A DNA stretch of 64,000 nucleotides from Dehalococcoidia bacterium (GCA_963667465.2 CAXXDN010000001.1:800001-864000); one strand, 5' to 3'; counted from the first letter of the stretch, positions 1 through 8,939 are shown. The notes: a model not told the origin generated them from the sequence alone. Made by a program: numbers and translations.

Positions 1-1088
1 GAGACCGCAAAGGCCGAGCCGGGCACGGCGCGGTCGGCGAAGAGCGCGTTGAGGCCGCGCACGAGCGCCGCCGTGGTTGCGTCGGCGCGCTCCGTCTGGC
101 CGCCCGCCTCGATGATGCGGAGCGCGGCGATGCCCGCGGCGGCGGCGGGCGGCTGCGCGTTGTACGTGCCCTGGTGCGGCACGCGCAGGCGGCGGTTCCA
201 GACCTCGTCGCCCGGGCGGAACTCGAGCATCGAGATCACGTCCTCACGGCCGGCCACGCAGCCGCCGGGCAGGCCGCCCGCGAGGATCTTCGCGTAGCTC
301 GCGAGGTCGGCGGTGATGCCGAGGCGCTCCTGCGCACCGCCGGGGGCCATGCGGAAGCCGGTGATCACCTCGTCCATGATCAGCAGCGTCCCCGCCTGCT
401 CGGTCAGCTCGCGCGCCGCCCGCAGGTAGTCCGGATCGAGCGGATGCAGTCCCCAGTGCGCGCCCGTCGGCTCGAGGATCAGTGCCGCCACGTCGCGAGG
501 CGCGAGCGCCTGCTCGAGCGCGGCGACGTCTCCGGACGGCACGATCGTGAGGTCATCGTAGAAGCCGGGGGGCACGCCGGCCGCGCTGGCCCGCGTCTCG
601 CTCTCGCGCAACTGGCCGACGGCGAGGTCGTGCCAGCCGTGGAAGTGATCGGCGAGCTTGATCACGCGGTTGCGGCCCGAAAAGGCGCGTGCGAGGCGCA
701 GCGCCATCATCGTCGCTTCGGTGCCGGATGAGGTGAAGCGCACGCGCTCGGCGCAGGGCGACAGGCGCAGCACCAGCTCGGCCCACTCCAGCTCGCGCGC
801 CTGCGAGGAGCCGAAGTGCGTACCGTCCTCGAGCGCCGCGCGGATCGCCGCCAGCACCTCGGGGTGGTTGTGCCCGAGCAACAGCGCCCCGTGTCCGCCG
901 ATGTAGTCGACGTACTCGTGCCCGTCGACGTCCGTCTTGCGCGGCCCCTGCGCGCGCTCGACGTAGATCGGGAACGGCTCGAACGCGCGAATATCGTGCG
1001 TGACGCCGGAGGGGAATACGGAGGCAGCGCGCTCCGCCAGCTCCCGCGAGCCGGGGTGTCTGTCCTCGAAGGTCTGGAGGATGGTCAC
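1..1088 (-). CDS. Class III PLP aminotransferase (glutamate-1-semialdehyde 2,1-aminomutase-like), runs off the left edge
   Basis: Hand translation from GTG at 1088: MTILQTFEDRHPGSRELAERAASVFPSGVTHDIR..FPIYVERAQG..DVDGHEYVDYIGGHGALLLGHNHP; later LLIMDEVIT and AKILAGGLPGG motifs. Not in the ORF track because it is open-ended. Confidence 0.85.
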   Translation of the reverse strand, partial: MTILQTFEDRHPGSRELAERAASVFPSGVTHDIRAFEPFPIYVERAQGPRKTDVDGHEYVDYIGGHGALLLGHNHPEVLAAIRAALEDGTHFGSSQARELEWAELVLRLSPCAERVRFTSSGTEATMMALRLARAFSGRNRVIKLADHFHGWHDLAVGQLRESETRASAAGVPPGFYDDLTIVPSGDVAALEQALAPRDVAALILEPTGAHWGLHPLDPDYLRAARELTEQAGTLLIMDEVITGFRMAPGGAQERLGITADLASYAKILAGGLPGGCVAGREDVISMLEFRPGDEVWNRRLRVPHQGTYNAQPPAAAAGIAALRIIEAGGQTERADATTAALVRGLNALFADRAVPGSAFAV

Positions 1089-1114
1089 TGGTGGGGCCGG
1101 TCGGTGCTCCCTGG

Positions 1115-1984
1115 TTAGCGCCAGTTGTACGAGTCCCGGACCATCTGCTCAAGCGACCACATGTGCCCCAGGTCGCCGTTCCTGCCGATCAGCTCGCCGG
1201 GCAGGTCGGGGTTGAGATGCACCAGCCGATCGATTGCCGCGTTTCGCATTGCGGGCGCGGTCTCTGCGATCACCTTCCTCAGCCGCGCCGTCCCGAACTC
1301 GGCCGTCACCCCGAAAAAGCGACAGTCGTTGTTCTGCGCCCGCGCTGCGGGCATGTAGGCCCGAGCCTCGTCGATAATGTCGACGCGATCGTGGCGGTAC
1401 GTCCACCTGGTTGTGATCAGCGCGACGATGCGCGGGCCGCGTTGCGCCACGATGTCGATACGCGCGGCTTGGCTGCGGTTCCCAAAGTCCAAGCCGGGGA
1501 AGAGATCGTGGGGTGAGACTTCTTCCCGCACATCGAGGTCTGGATCGCCGAACATCGCGAGGGTCTCCGCGACGATTGAGCGGAAGGCATGGCCCCGGGG
1601 GTTCTGCGGCTGAAGTTCCACGATCTCAGGGTGCCGGAAGAACTGGCCCAGTTCCGCACACAGACCGTCTGGATCGGCATCGATCTCGGCAGCGATCCAC
1701 TCCTTAACGAGGAAGGCATCCGCCAACGCCCGGTTCGGGTCGCCTCGCCTTGTATGGCCGTAGTCGTTCTGCTCGCGCAGCACAGGCGCGTCGTAGAGCT
1801 CCGTCCAACCCGGTCCCCAGCCGCAGCGAGGGCAGCGCAAGGGGTTCCATACCTCGCACGTCATCAGCAGCATCGCGATCGCGAGCCACGACTGTTCAAG
1901 ATCCCAGCCGTGCTGGGTGAGCAGTTCGTTGTAGAGGTCGACTGCCAGTTCGGCGTGTGCATCGGATGTACCGTGCCTAGGCAC
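1115..1984 (-). CDS. Putative Type II restriction endonuclease (PD-(D/E)xK fold, CCGG-family-like motif)
   Basis: Directly downstream of a C5 MTase. RIDIV...ITTRWTYRHDR...DE resembles the NgoMIV-type SCKWTIRSDR...E motif. Start placed at GTG 1984 (overlapping the MTase stop); the track ORF extends to 2098. Confidence 0.6.
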   Translation of the reverse strand: MPRHGTSDAHAELAVDLYNELLTQHGWDLEQSWLAIAMLLMTCEVWNPLRCPRCGWGPGWTELYDAPVLREQNDYGHTRRGDPNRALADAFLVKEWIAAEIDADPDGLCAELGQFFRHPEIVELQPQNPRGHAFRSIVAETLAMFGDPDLDVREEVSPHDLFPGLDFGNRSQAARIDIVAQRGPRIVALITTRWTYRHDRVDIIDEARAYMPAARAQNNDCRFFGVTAEFGTARLRKVIAETAPAMRNAAIDRLVHLNPDLPGELIGRNGDLGHMWSLEQMVRDSYNWR

Positions 1985-2996
1985 GAGTGGTCTCGTATGC
2001 GCCGGATTTGTCCAATAGCCGGTGCTGAGCGCGCAGCACAGCATGCCCATTGATTCGCCTGCCTGTGAGAGCCTCGCGAATGGCCACGCCGACTGCACAG
2101 GCGACGGGCGGAGGGAATGCGTTGCCGACTTGCCGGTACGCAGCTGTCTTGCGGCCCGCGAACATCCAGTCGTCCGGGAACCCCTGAAGGCGGGCGATCA
2201 TGCGCACGGTAAGCCGCGGGAGGACGTCCGGGTTGTGATCGGGCGGAGGTGGCGCATCAGCGAGGCCTAATCCGTCGACGCCGAGTGTGCGCCACTGTTT
2301 GCGCGCCCGCGTCGGACCGAGGTCAGGGCCGCCATGCTTCTTCGAGCCGCCCACAAGGGTGGGCGCGATCGAGTTGGCTCCCTTGGCCCATGCCGTTGCG
2401 CCGGGCCAGCCATCGGCAGCCATGAGATCCCGCAGGGTTTCCCCGACTGTGGGCGCTGCAGACGTTCCCTCCGGCCACGCGAAGCGCTTGGCGTGCTTCG
2501 GGCGCAGGGCTACGAGGACGAACCTCGGGCGCAACTGCGGCACACCGAAGTCCGACGAGGTGAGTAGACGCCAGTCTGGGTCGTAGCCGAGTTCGCGCAG
2601 TTCGCCGAAGAGCCAACTCCGGTATTGCTCAAAGCGCTTCGTTGCGAACCCACGCACGTTCTCCAGCATGACCGCTGCCGGACGCGATTCCCTGATCAGC
2701 CGCAGAGCCTCAGGGAACAGGTCGCGCTCGTCGTCTGCGCCCAACTGATCGCCGGCGATGGAGAATGGTGGGCAAGGAACACCCCCGGCCAGTAAGTCCA
2801 CGCCCCGGTACTCCTTGCCGTCGATTGCCGCCACGTCGTCCTCAATCACGTCCCACGACGGGCGGTTCCAGCGGAGGGTTGTGCATGCGTGCGGATCGTT
2901 GTCCACCGCCGCGGTGTGCTCCCATCCGGCGGCCTCCAGGCCGATGGCTTGCCCGCCTGCGCCGGCGCAGATCTCAAGGACGCTGAGTCGGCTCAC
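1977..2996 (-). CDS. DNA (cytosine-5)-methyltransferase, M.NgoMIV/M.NaeI-like
   Basis: Motif I CAGAGG, catalytic GGVPCPPFS, ENV, QLRPR, YRQVGNAFPP. TRD segment APTLVGGSKKHGGPDLGPTR is typical of GCCGGC-type MTases. Confidence 0.95.
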   Translation of the reverse strand: MSRLSVLEICAGAGGQAIGLEAAGWEHTAAVDNDPHACTTLRWNRPSWDVIEDDVAAIDGKEYRGVDLLAGGVPCPPFSIAGDQLGADDERDLFPEALRLIRESRPAAVMLENVRGFATKRFEQYRSWLFGELRELGYDPDWRLLTSSDFGVPQLRPRFVLVALRPKHAKRFAWPEGTSAAPTVGETLRDLMAADGWPGATAWAKGANSIAPTLVGGSKKHGGPDLGPTRARKQWRTLGVDGLGLADAPPPPDHNPDVLPRLTVRMIARLQGFPDDWMFAGRKTAAYRQVGNAFPPPVACAVGVAIREALTGRRINGHAVLRAQHRLLDKSGAYETTRA

Positions 2997-3418
2997 CGGC
3001 TCGCCCTCTCCGGTACCCCGCGCAGCCCCTCAAGTCGGCGCATGAGGCGCGAGGTGTCTCGCTCGAGCGTGCATTCCCTGATGGTGAACACGTCCCATTG
3101 CTCCTCTTCGAGGGAGTAGGCGTTGCGTTGGTCCCGGACCATGTTGCCCTCGATCTTCGGCCCCCAGTAGGAAGTGTTCTTGCGAGGCCGGCCTGCGCGT
3201 TCGCAGTCATGCCCGTGCCAGAAGCAGCCGTGGACGAAGACCGCGAGCCGGTAGCGGGGGAACACGAGGTCGGGGCGACCGGGGAGATCGCGTCGGTGCA
3301 GCCGGAAGCGGAATCCCGCCGCGTGGACGCGGCGGCGCACGTGCAGCTCAGGCTTGGTGTCCTTGCTCCGGATGGCCGCCATGTTGCGGCGGCGGCCCTC
3401 GGTCGGAGATTCTAGCAC
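2993..3418 (-). CDS. vsr: Very short patch repair endonuclease
   Basis: MAAIRSKDTKPE, LPGRPD, FVHGCFWHGH motifs; overlaps the MTase start by 4 nt. Confidence 0.95.
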   Translation of the reverse strand: MLESPTEGRRRNMAAIRSKDTKPELHVRRRVHAAGFRFRLHRRDLPGRPDLVFPRYRLAVFVHGCFWHGHDCERAGRPRKNTSYWGPKIEGNMVRDQRNAYSLEEEQWDVFTIRECTLERDTSRLMRRLEGLRGVPERASR

Positions 3419-3472
3419 AGACGTTCCGCTAGCGGGGGAGAGCCTTATCGTACGCCGCTCTGCCCTGCCGCT

Positions 3473-4264
3473 TCAATCGCCCACCCCGTCGATAAACGCC
3501 AGCACGGCGGCGTTCCAGGCTTCCGGGCGCTCGAAGTAGGCGGAGTGGCCGGCGCCCTCGACCTCGACGTAGCGGGAGCCGGGGGTCAGCTCGTGCGAGA
3601 TGCGGACCAGCTCGGCAGGCACCACGCGCTCTTCCGCGCCGGCGATCCAGAGCAGCGGCGCTCCGCTGTCGAGCAGCCGCTCGCGCGTCGAGCCCCGGTA
3701 GTTGCGCATCGCCGGCGGCGGCGCCAGGAAGTCGCGAGGGCGCGGCGGGTTGATCGAGCGGATACGGCGATAGAGCCACTCGAGGGCCGGCTCGCGCTTC
3801 CGGAAGTCCTCGGCGAGCGCGCGCTGCAGCAGGCTGCCGGAGAGCGCCCCCGAGGCCTGTAACTCGGCCTTGCGCTCGCGCAGCCGGTCGTCGACGCAGC
3901 CGGCGTTGGAGCCGGAGATGGTGAGGGAGCGGAAGCCGTCCGGCCTGTGCCGCATCAGCCCGATCGCCGTGCGCGCGCCCATCGAGTGCGCGACGAAGTG
4001 CACCGGGCCGAGGTCCAGCCGCTCGACGAGCGCATGGATGTCGTCGCCGAAGGCGGCGCGGCCGGGGCCGCCCGCGATGTCGGGAGAGCGGCCGAAGGCG
4101 CGGTGGTCGAAGGTGACGACGGAGTAGCGCTCGCTGAAGGCGGGGATCTGCCGCCACCAGGACATGGCGTTGCCGCCCGCGCCGTGCGCGAAGACGACGG
4201 GCGGGCCCTCGCCGTGGCGCTCGTAGTAGAGGTGGAAGCCGTCGTCGAGTTCGAGGTGCGGCAC
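3473..4264 (-). CDS. Alpha/beta hydrolase
   Basis: HGAGG, HSMG nucleophile elbow, GAGHSAY. Start placed at GTG 4264 (VPHLEL). Confidence 0.85.
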   Translation of the reverse strand: MPHLELDDGFHLYYERHGEGPPVVFAHGAGGNAMSWWRQIPAFSERYSVVTFDHRAFGRSPDIAGGPGRAAFGDDIHALVERLDLGPVHFVAHSMGARTAIGLMRHRPDGFRSLTISGSNAGCVDDRLRERKAELQASGALSGSLLQRALAEDFRKREPALEWLYRRIRSINPPRPRDFLAPPPAMRNYRGSTRERLLDSGAPLLWIAGAEERVVPAELVRISHELTPGSRYVEVEGAGHSAYFERPEAWNAAVLAFIDGVGD

Positions 4265-4488
4265 GGTGCAGGTCCTCGGCTGCGGGTCACACGGTACAGG
4301 CGAGGCTGGTTGCTGTCCGCGCTCGGGAGGGAGGGGACCCATCCACGCGCCCTCCATGTGCGGGCTTCGCCCGGTGCCCCTGCTTGTGGGGGGCTGCGCC
4401 CCTCACAAGCAGCTACGCGGGCCAGCTCGGAGGGCGTTGTGCATTCGGAGCGGCGCTCGCGCGCCGTCCCACTCACCCCAACCCTAAT

Positions 4489-4682
4489 GGGGTTCGACCG
4501 GACCCTGGAGCGATCTGGGAGACTGGTCTTGGACCGGCCGGCCGGTGAGCACTGCCCCTCCCCGAGACACTGCGATCTCCAGGGAGAGACCGTGCCCCGG
4601 CTGGTGCGTCCGGGTGGTCCACAGCACTCCTGGGGTGTCGTGCCCGAGAGCACTGGTCCATTAGGCCGTCGCAGGACCAGCC
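4489..4682 (+). ncRNA. Predicted IS110 bridge RNA (target-binding loop then donor-binding loop)
   Basis: LTG-like CCGGACCCT 4498-4506; RTG GGGAGAG 4582-88 (reverse complement of target CTCTCCC); LDG CCTGGGGTGTC 4629-39 (identical to right end); RDG CCATTAG 4658-64 (reverse complement of CTAATGG). Closing stem GGCTGGT 4599-4605 / ACCAGCC 4676-82. Confidence 0.85.
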
Positions 4683-4728
4683 CGGCAGGTCGCAAACAGC
4701 AGCACGAAGCGCAGGAAAGCGAGGCACG

Positions 4729-5952
4729 ATGACCCTCTACGTCGGTGACGACTGGTCCGAAGACCACCACGATGTCCAGCTCATGAACGAGGCCGGCGAA
4801 CGGCTCGCCGCCAGGCGGCTGCCCGAGGGCGTCGCGGGCGTCGCCGTGCTGCACGAACTGGTTGCCGAGCACGCCTCAGACCCGGGCGCGGTCGTGGTCG
4901 GCATCGAGACCGACCGCGGACCCTGGGTCACGGCCCTGCTCGCGGCCGGCTACCGCGTCTACGCGATCAACCCCCGCTCGGCGGCGCGCTACCGTGAGCG
5001 TCACCACCTGGGCGGCGCCAAGTCCGACGCCGCCGACGCGAAGCTGCTCGCCGACCTCGTGCGCACCGACCGCCACAACCACCGTCCGCTGGCCGGCGAC
5101 AGCGACGAGGCTGCCGCGGTGCGCATCCTCGCCCGCGCCCACCAGCAGCTGATCTGGGACCGCGTGCGCCAGACCAACCGGCTGCGCAACGCCCTCAGGG
5201 AGTATTTCCCGGCTGCCCTGCAGGCCTTCCCCAGCCTCGCGCACGGCGACGCCCTGGGCGTGCTGGCGCGGGCGAGCGAGCCGCGCGAGGCGGCGCGCCT
5301 GAGCACGTCGAAGATCCGCTCGGCGCTGCGCCGCGGCGGACGTCAGCGCAACCTCGAGCGGCGCGCCGCCGCGGTGCGCGACGCGCTGCGCTCCCCGCAA
5401 CTCGAGGCGCCGCCTGCCGTGAGCCGGGCGTTCGCCGCGAGCACCCGCGCGGCGGTCGCGCAGATCAGCGAGATCAACCGTCAGCTTACGGAGCTCGAGG
5501 CCGCGCTCACGAGCCATTTTGAGCAGCACCCGGACGCCGCAATCTACCGTTCCCTGCCCGGTCTCGGTGTCGTGCTCGGCGCCCGGGTGCTCGGCGAGTT
5601 CGGGGACGACCCCGAACGCTACGAGTCGGCGAAGTCCCGCAGGAACTACGCCGGCACCTCGCCGCTCACCGTAGCATCGGGCCGCAAGCGCAGCGTGCGC
5701 GCCCGCTTCGTGCGCAACCGCCGGCTCGCCGACGCCGTGGACCGCTGGGCGCTCTGCTCGCTGCAGGCGAGCCCCGGCTGCCATGACTTCTACCACCGCC
5801 GCCGCGCCGCGGGCGACCTCCACCACCAGGCGCTGCGCGCTCTCGGCAACCGCCTCGTCGGCTACCTCCACGGCTGCCTGAAGGCACGTCGCCCCTACGA
5901 CGAGGCCACCGCCTGGGCGCACCGCCACGACCGCGAACAGCTCGCCGCTTGA
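4729..5952 (+). CDS. IS110 DEDD recombinase/transposase
   Basis: YVGDDW, IET, KSDAADA (RuvC-like DEDD); SLPGLG, YAGTSP..SG Tnp domain; 407 aa. Confidence 0.97.
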   Translation: MTLYVGDDWSEDHHDVQLMNEAGERLAARRLPEGVAGVAVLHELVAEHASDPGAVVVGIETDRGPWVTALLAAGYRVYAINPRSAARYRERHHLGGAKSDAADAKLLADLVRTDRHNHRPLAGDSDEAAAVRILARAHQQLIWDRVRQTNRLRNALREYFPAALQAFPSLAHGDALGVLARASEPREAARLSTSKIRSALRRGGRQRNLERRAAAVRDALRSPQLEAPPAVSRAFAASTRAAVAQISEINRQLTELEAALTSHFEQHPDAAIYRSLPGLGVVLGARVLGEFGDDPERYESAKSRRNYAGTSPLTVASGRKRSVRARFVRNRRLADAVDRWALCSLQASPGCHDFYHRRRAAGDLHHQALRALGNRLVGYLHGCLKARRPYDEATAWAHRHDREQLAA

Positions 5953-5975
5953 CGCCTTAGCACCCTGGGGTGTCT
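5949..5975 (+). promoter_or_regulatory. -35 half of the IS circle-junction promoter
   Basis: TTGACG at 5949-54. Joining the right end to the left end gives TTGACG-N18-TCTAAT pointing into the bridge RNA. Confidence 0.6.
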
Positions 5976-6043
5976 CTCCCGCCAGGGGCGAGGGGGCCGG
6001 ACCGCCGTCTCCCGCCAGGGGCGAGGGGGGCGGACCGCTCTGG

Positions 6044-6517
6044 CTAGTCCTCGTCCCAGGGGACGCCGGTGGCGTTGGCGACGACGTCGAGGATGTCTTC
6101 GATGTCGCCCCGTAGCTGCGGGTCGGGGTCGAGGGTGAGAGCGCGGCGGAGGATCTCGGTGGTGGCGGTGTAGAGGGTGGCGGCGTCCTGCGCGACGGGC
6201 TGGTGCGGCTGGCGCTGGCGCGGGTGATCGAGGGCGTGCGCGACGAACTCGCGGCACCAGCCGAGCGTGTAGAGGATCGCGGCGTCGCCGGGGCAGAGTG
6301 CGACGGCGCGCTCCAGCGCGCCGAGGCCGTCCGCGAAGCGCCGCTTGCGCGTGACCAGCGTGTTGCCGAGGTAAGCGTGCGCCTCGCAGAACTCCGGATC
6401 GAGTGCGACGGCCCCCTCGGCAGTAGCGAGGGCGGCGTCGATCTGGTCGTCGCTGTGCAGGCGCATCGCGCGGCGCAGCAGCGCGCGAGGGTCCTCGCCC
6501 TCGGCGCTGGTGGTCAC
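6044..6517 (-). CDS. TPR-repeat protein
   Basis: AVALDPEFCEAHAYLG and AVALCPGDAAILYTLG TPR motifs. Confidence 0.8.
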   Translation of the reverse strand: MTTSAEGEDPRALLRRAMRLHSDDQIDAALATAEGAVALDPEFCEAHAYLGNTLVTRKRRFADGLGALERAVALCPGDAAILYTLGWCREFVAHALDHPRQRQPHQPVAQDAATLYTATTEILRRALTLDPDPQLRGDIEDILDVVANATGVPWDED

Positions 6518-6539
6518 GCGTTGTTGTCCGCCGCGCGGC

Positions 6540-7376
6540 TCAGGAGACGGCGTCGTAGTCCGCGATCACGCGGGCGTTGCGCTGCTCGTACTCGGGGCGC
6601 GTGTCCGGGTGGCTGAAGATGAACAGCCGGTTCGCACGCACGCCATCGATTGTGCGGCGGGCGACCTCGACCGGGTCCATCGCCGGATCGACCTCGACAA
6701 GTTCGTCGCGCTCTGCCATCCGTGCCTCTGCGGCGGGTGGCAGCTCGGCGGGCCCGCCCAGCTCCTCGGGGCGGTTGCGGGTGGCGGTGAAGATCTGCGT
6801 GTCGACGCCGCCGGGGCAGAGGACCGAGACGCCGATGCCATCCGGCTCCAACTCGCTGCGCAGCGTCTCCGCGAAGCCCACGACGGCGTACTTCGAGGAG
6901 ACGTAGACGCCGATCGGCGTCTCGTGGATCGGCCGCGTGCCGGCGATCGAGGCGGTGAACACGATGTGCCCCTCGCCGTCCTGCTCGCGCATCCGCGGCG
7001 CGAACGCGTTCGCGCAATGGATCGCGCCGTAGAGGTTCACGCCGAGCGTCCACTGCCAGTCCTCGATCGGCGTCTCGAGCAGCGGTGCGACCATCATCAC
7101 GCCGGCGTTGCTGCAGAGCAGGTTGACCTGGCCGAACTCCTCGTAGGCGCGGTCCGCCAGCTCGCCCACGGAGGCGGCGTCCGAGACGTCCGCGCGCAGG
7201 CCGATCGCCTCGCCGCCAAGCTCGCGAATCGAGTTCGCGACGCGGGCGGCCTGGTCCTCCTCGATGTCCGAGACGACGATGCGCATCCCGGCCTCGTGGC
7301 AGATGCGGGCGAACCCCTCGCCAATGCCGGAGCCGCCCCCGGTGATCACTGCGACGCGGCCTTCGAGTTGCTCCAT
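6540..7376 (-). CDS. Short-chain dehydrogenase/reductase
   Basis: TGGGSGIG, NAG, YVSSK. Confidence 0.93.
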   Translation of the reverse strand: MEQLEGRVAVITGGGSGIGEGFARICHEAGMRIVVSDIEEDQAARVANSIRELGGEAIGLRADVSDAASVGELADRAYEEFGQVNLLCSNAGVMMVAPLLETPIEDWQWTLGVNLYGAIHCANAFAPRMREQDGEGHIVFTASIAGTRPIHETPIGVYVSSKYAVVGFAETLRSELEPDGIGVSVLCPGGVDTQIFTATRNRPEELGGPAELPPAAEARMAERDELVEVDPAMDPVEVARRTIDGVRANRLFIFSHPDTRPEYEQRNARVIADYDAVS

Positions 7377-7407
7377 GACTTTGCTCCGTTCGCGCCCGGC
7401 GTGCGGG

Positions 7408-7797
7408 CTACAGCTCCCTGACGATCTCCTCGGCGGCGTCGCGGCAGAGCACCACCGCGGCGTCCTCCGTTGTGCTCGGGTTGACGATCTGATGCGGCGC
7501 GTTGGCGGGCACGTAGAGGAAGTCGCCGCTCTCGGCGCGGTGCTCCAGCGCGAGCGCGGGGCCGTGGCGCATCAGGACGGGGCCGGCGAGGACGAACATC
7601 GCCGTCTCGCAGTTGGTGTGGACGTGGGGGGTGCTCTCCATGCCCGGCGGGATGCGCTGGTGCGTCATGAAGACGTTGTGCGAGCCGCTCAGCTCTCCCG
7701 AGACGCCGAACTGGATGCTCATCCCGGAGCGGTGCCCGGACCACGGCGCCTCGGCCCCCCGCGTCAGCACGATCGGAGCGGGATTGGCCTCGGCCAT
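7408..7797 (-). CDS. Cupin domain protein
   Basis: PHVHTNCET and GDFLYVPANAPH cupin motifs. Confidence 0.88.
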   Translation of the reverse strand: MAEANPAPIVLTRGAEAPWSGHRSGMSIQFGVSGELSGSHNVFMTHQRIPPGMESTPHVHTNCETAMFVLAGPVLMRHGPALALEHRAESGDFLYVPANAPHQIVNPSTTEDAAVVLCRDAAEEIVREL

Positions 7798-7918
7798 CGT
7801 CGATCACCCTCCGGCGCGCAGCGCTCCGCGCGGGGCTCATCCTACCGCGCGAATCCCGCAAACGCCGCAGCACGGGCGACCCGCTCGAGGTTGACGAGCG
7901 CGCGCGGCGCTGCCTAGC

Positions 7919-8893
7919 GTGCCGCCGATGTCCTCCGCGAGCCTTGCCGCAGACCGCGCCGCCATCGTCGCGCTTGTCCACGCCTACCCGCGGCTGCAGG
8001 ACGCGGCGGACTTCGAGGGCATCGGGAAGCTGTTCGCGAAGGGCCGCTTCTCCTCGACGCTGGGCCGCTCCCTGGGCGGGGCCGAGCTGACGGCCGACCG
8101 CGCGCGCGGTATCCGCCTGCACGAGGACGGGACCCCGCGCACGCGCATCCTCACCAGCAACCTGCTGATCGCCATCGACGCCGCGGCCGGCACGGCCCGC
8201 ACGCGCTCCTACTACGCGCTGCTCAAGCAGCCCCCCGGCGAGCCGCTCAGCGTCGTCGGCGCCGGACGCTACTACGACGAGTTCGTGCGCGAGGACGGCG
8301 CGTGGCGCTTCGAGGAGCGCGTCAGCAACTTCGACCTTTCGGGCGACGTGGGCGGCTTCCTGCGCGCCGCACCGCGGCGGCAGCCCTCGCTGGCGCTGCG
8401 CGGCCCGCCCGCGGCCGAGCTGCGGCCGTTGCCCCCGCCTCCGGACGCGGCGGACGCGATCGAGGCGCTGATCTACACCTACGCCGAGCGGATCGACCTC
8501 GCGGACTTCGCGGGCGTCGGGGCGCTCTTCGCGCACGGGCCGTTCGTCGGCGAGACGGCGGATGGCGGGAGCTACGAGCTGCGCGGCGAGGGGCTCGCGA
8601 AGGGCCTGCGCGGTGCGGTCCGGCTCTACGAGGGCAATCCGCGCACCAAGCACGTCACCACCAACGTCGCCGTCGAGGTGGACGAGGCGGCCGGGAGCGG
8701 CCTCGCGCGCTCCTGCTTCGTCGTCCTGCAGCAGACGCCGGAACTGCCGCTGCAGCCGATCATCAGCGGTCGCTACCGCGATCGTTTCGAGCATGTCGGC
8801 GGCGCCTGGCGCTTCGCGGAGCGGCGTGTGCAGACGGACATGGAGGGCGACCTCAGCGCCCACCTCCGCGCGGGCGGCGGCACGGGCGCTTGA
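7919..8893 (+). CDS. Tandem SnoaL/NTF2-like domain protein
   Basis: Two YA..D.ADF...GRY.D.F....GAWRF units. Confidence 0.85.
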   Translation: MPPMSSASLAADRAAIVALVHAYPRLQDAADFEGIGKLFAKGRFSSTLGRSLGGAELTADRARGIRLHEDGTPRTRILTSNLLIAIDAAAGTARTRSYYALLKQPPGEPLSVVGAGRYYDEFVREDGAWRFEERVSNFDLSGDVGGFLRAAPRRQPSLALRGPPAAELRPLPPPPDAADAIEALIYTYAERIDLADFAGVGALFAHGPFVGETADGGSYELRGEGLAKGLRGAVRLYEGNPRTKHVTTNVAVEVDEAAGSGLARSCFVVLQQTPELPLQPIISGRYRDRFEHVGGAWRFAERRVQTDMEGDLSAHLRAGGGTGA

Positions 8894-8939
8894 CGGCCCT
8901 CGCGGCGCGCTCATACGGTCCCGCCGGGGTGTGAGGCCG

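Larger units (their letters stand above)
4484..5975 (+). mobile_element. IS110-family insertion sequence, copy 1, inserted at a CT core within a REP
   Basis: Flanks ctcaccccaacc|CT (4484-85) and CT|ctcccgccagggg (5974-75) rejoin into an intact REP. About 245-nt non-coding left end, about 23-nt right end, no long terminal inverted repeats. Confidence 0.93.
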
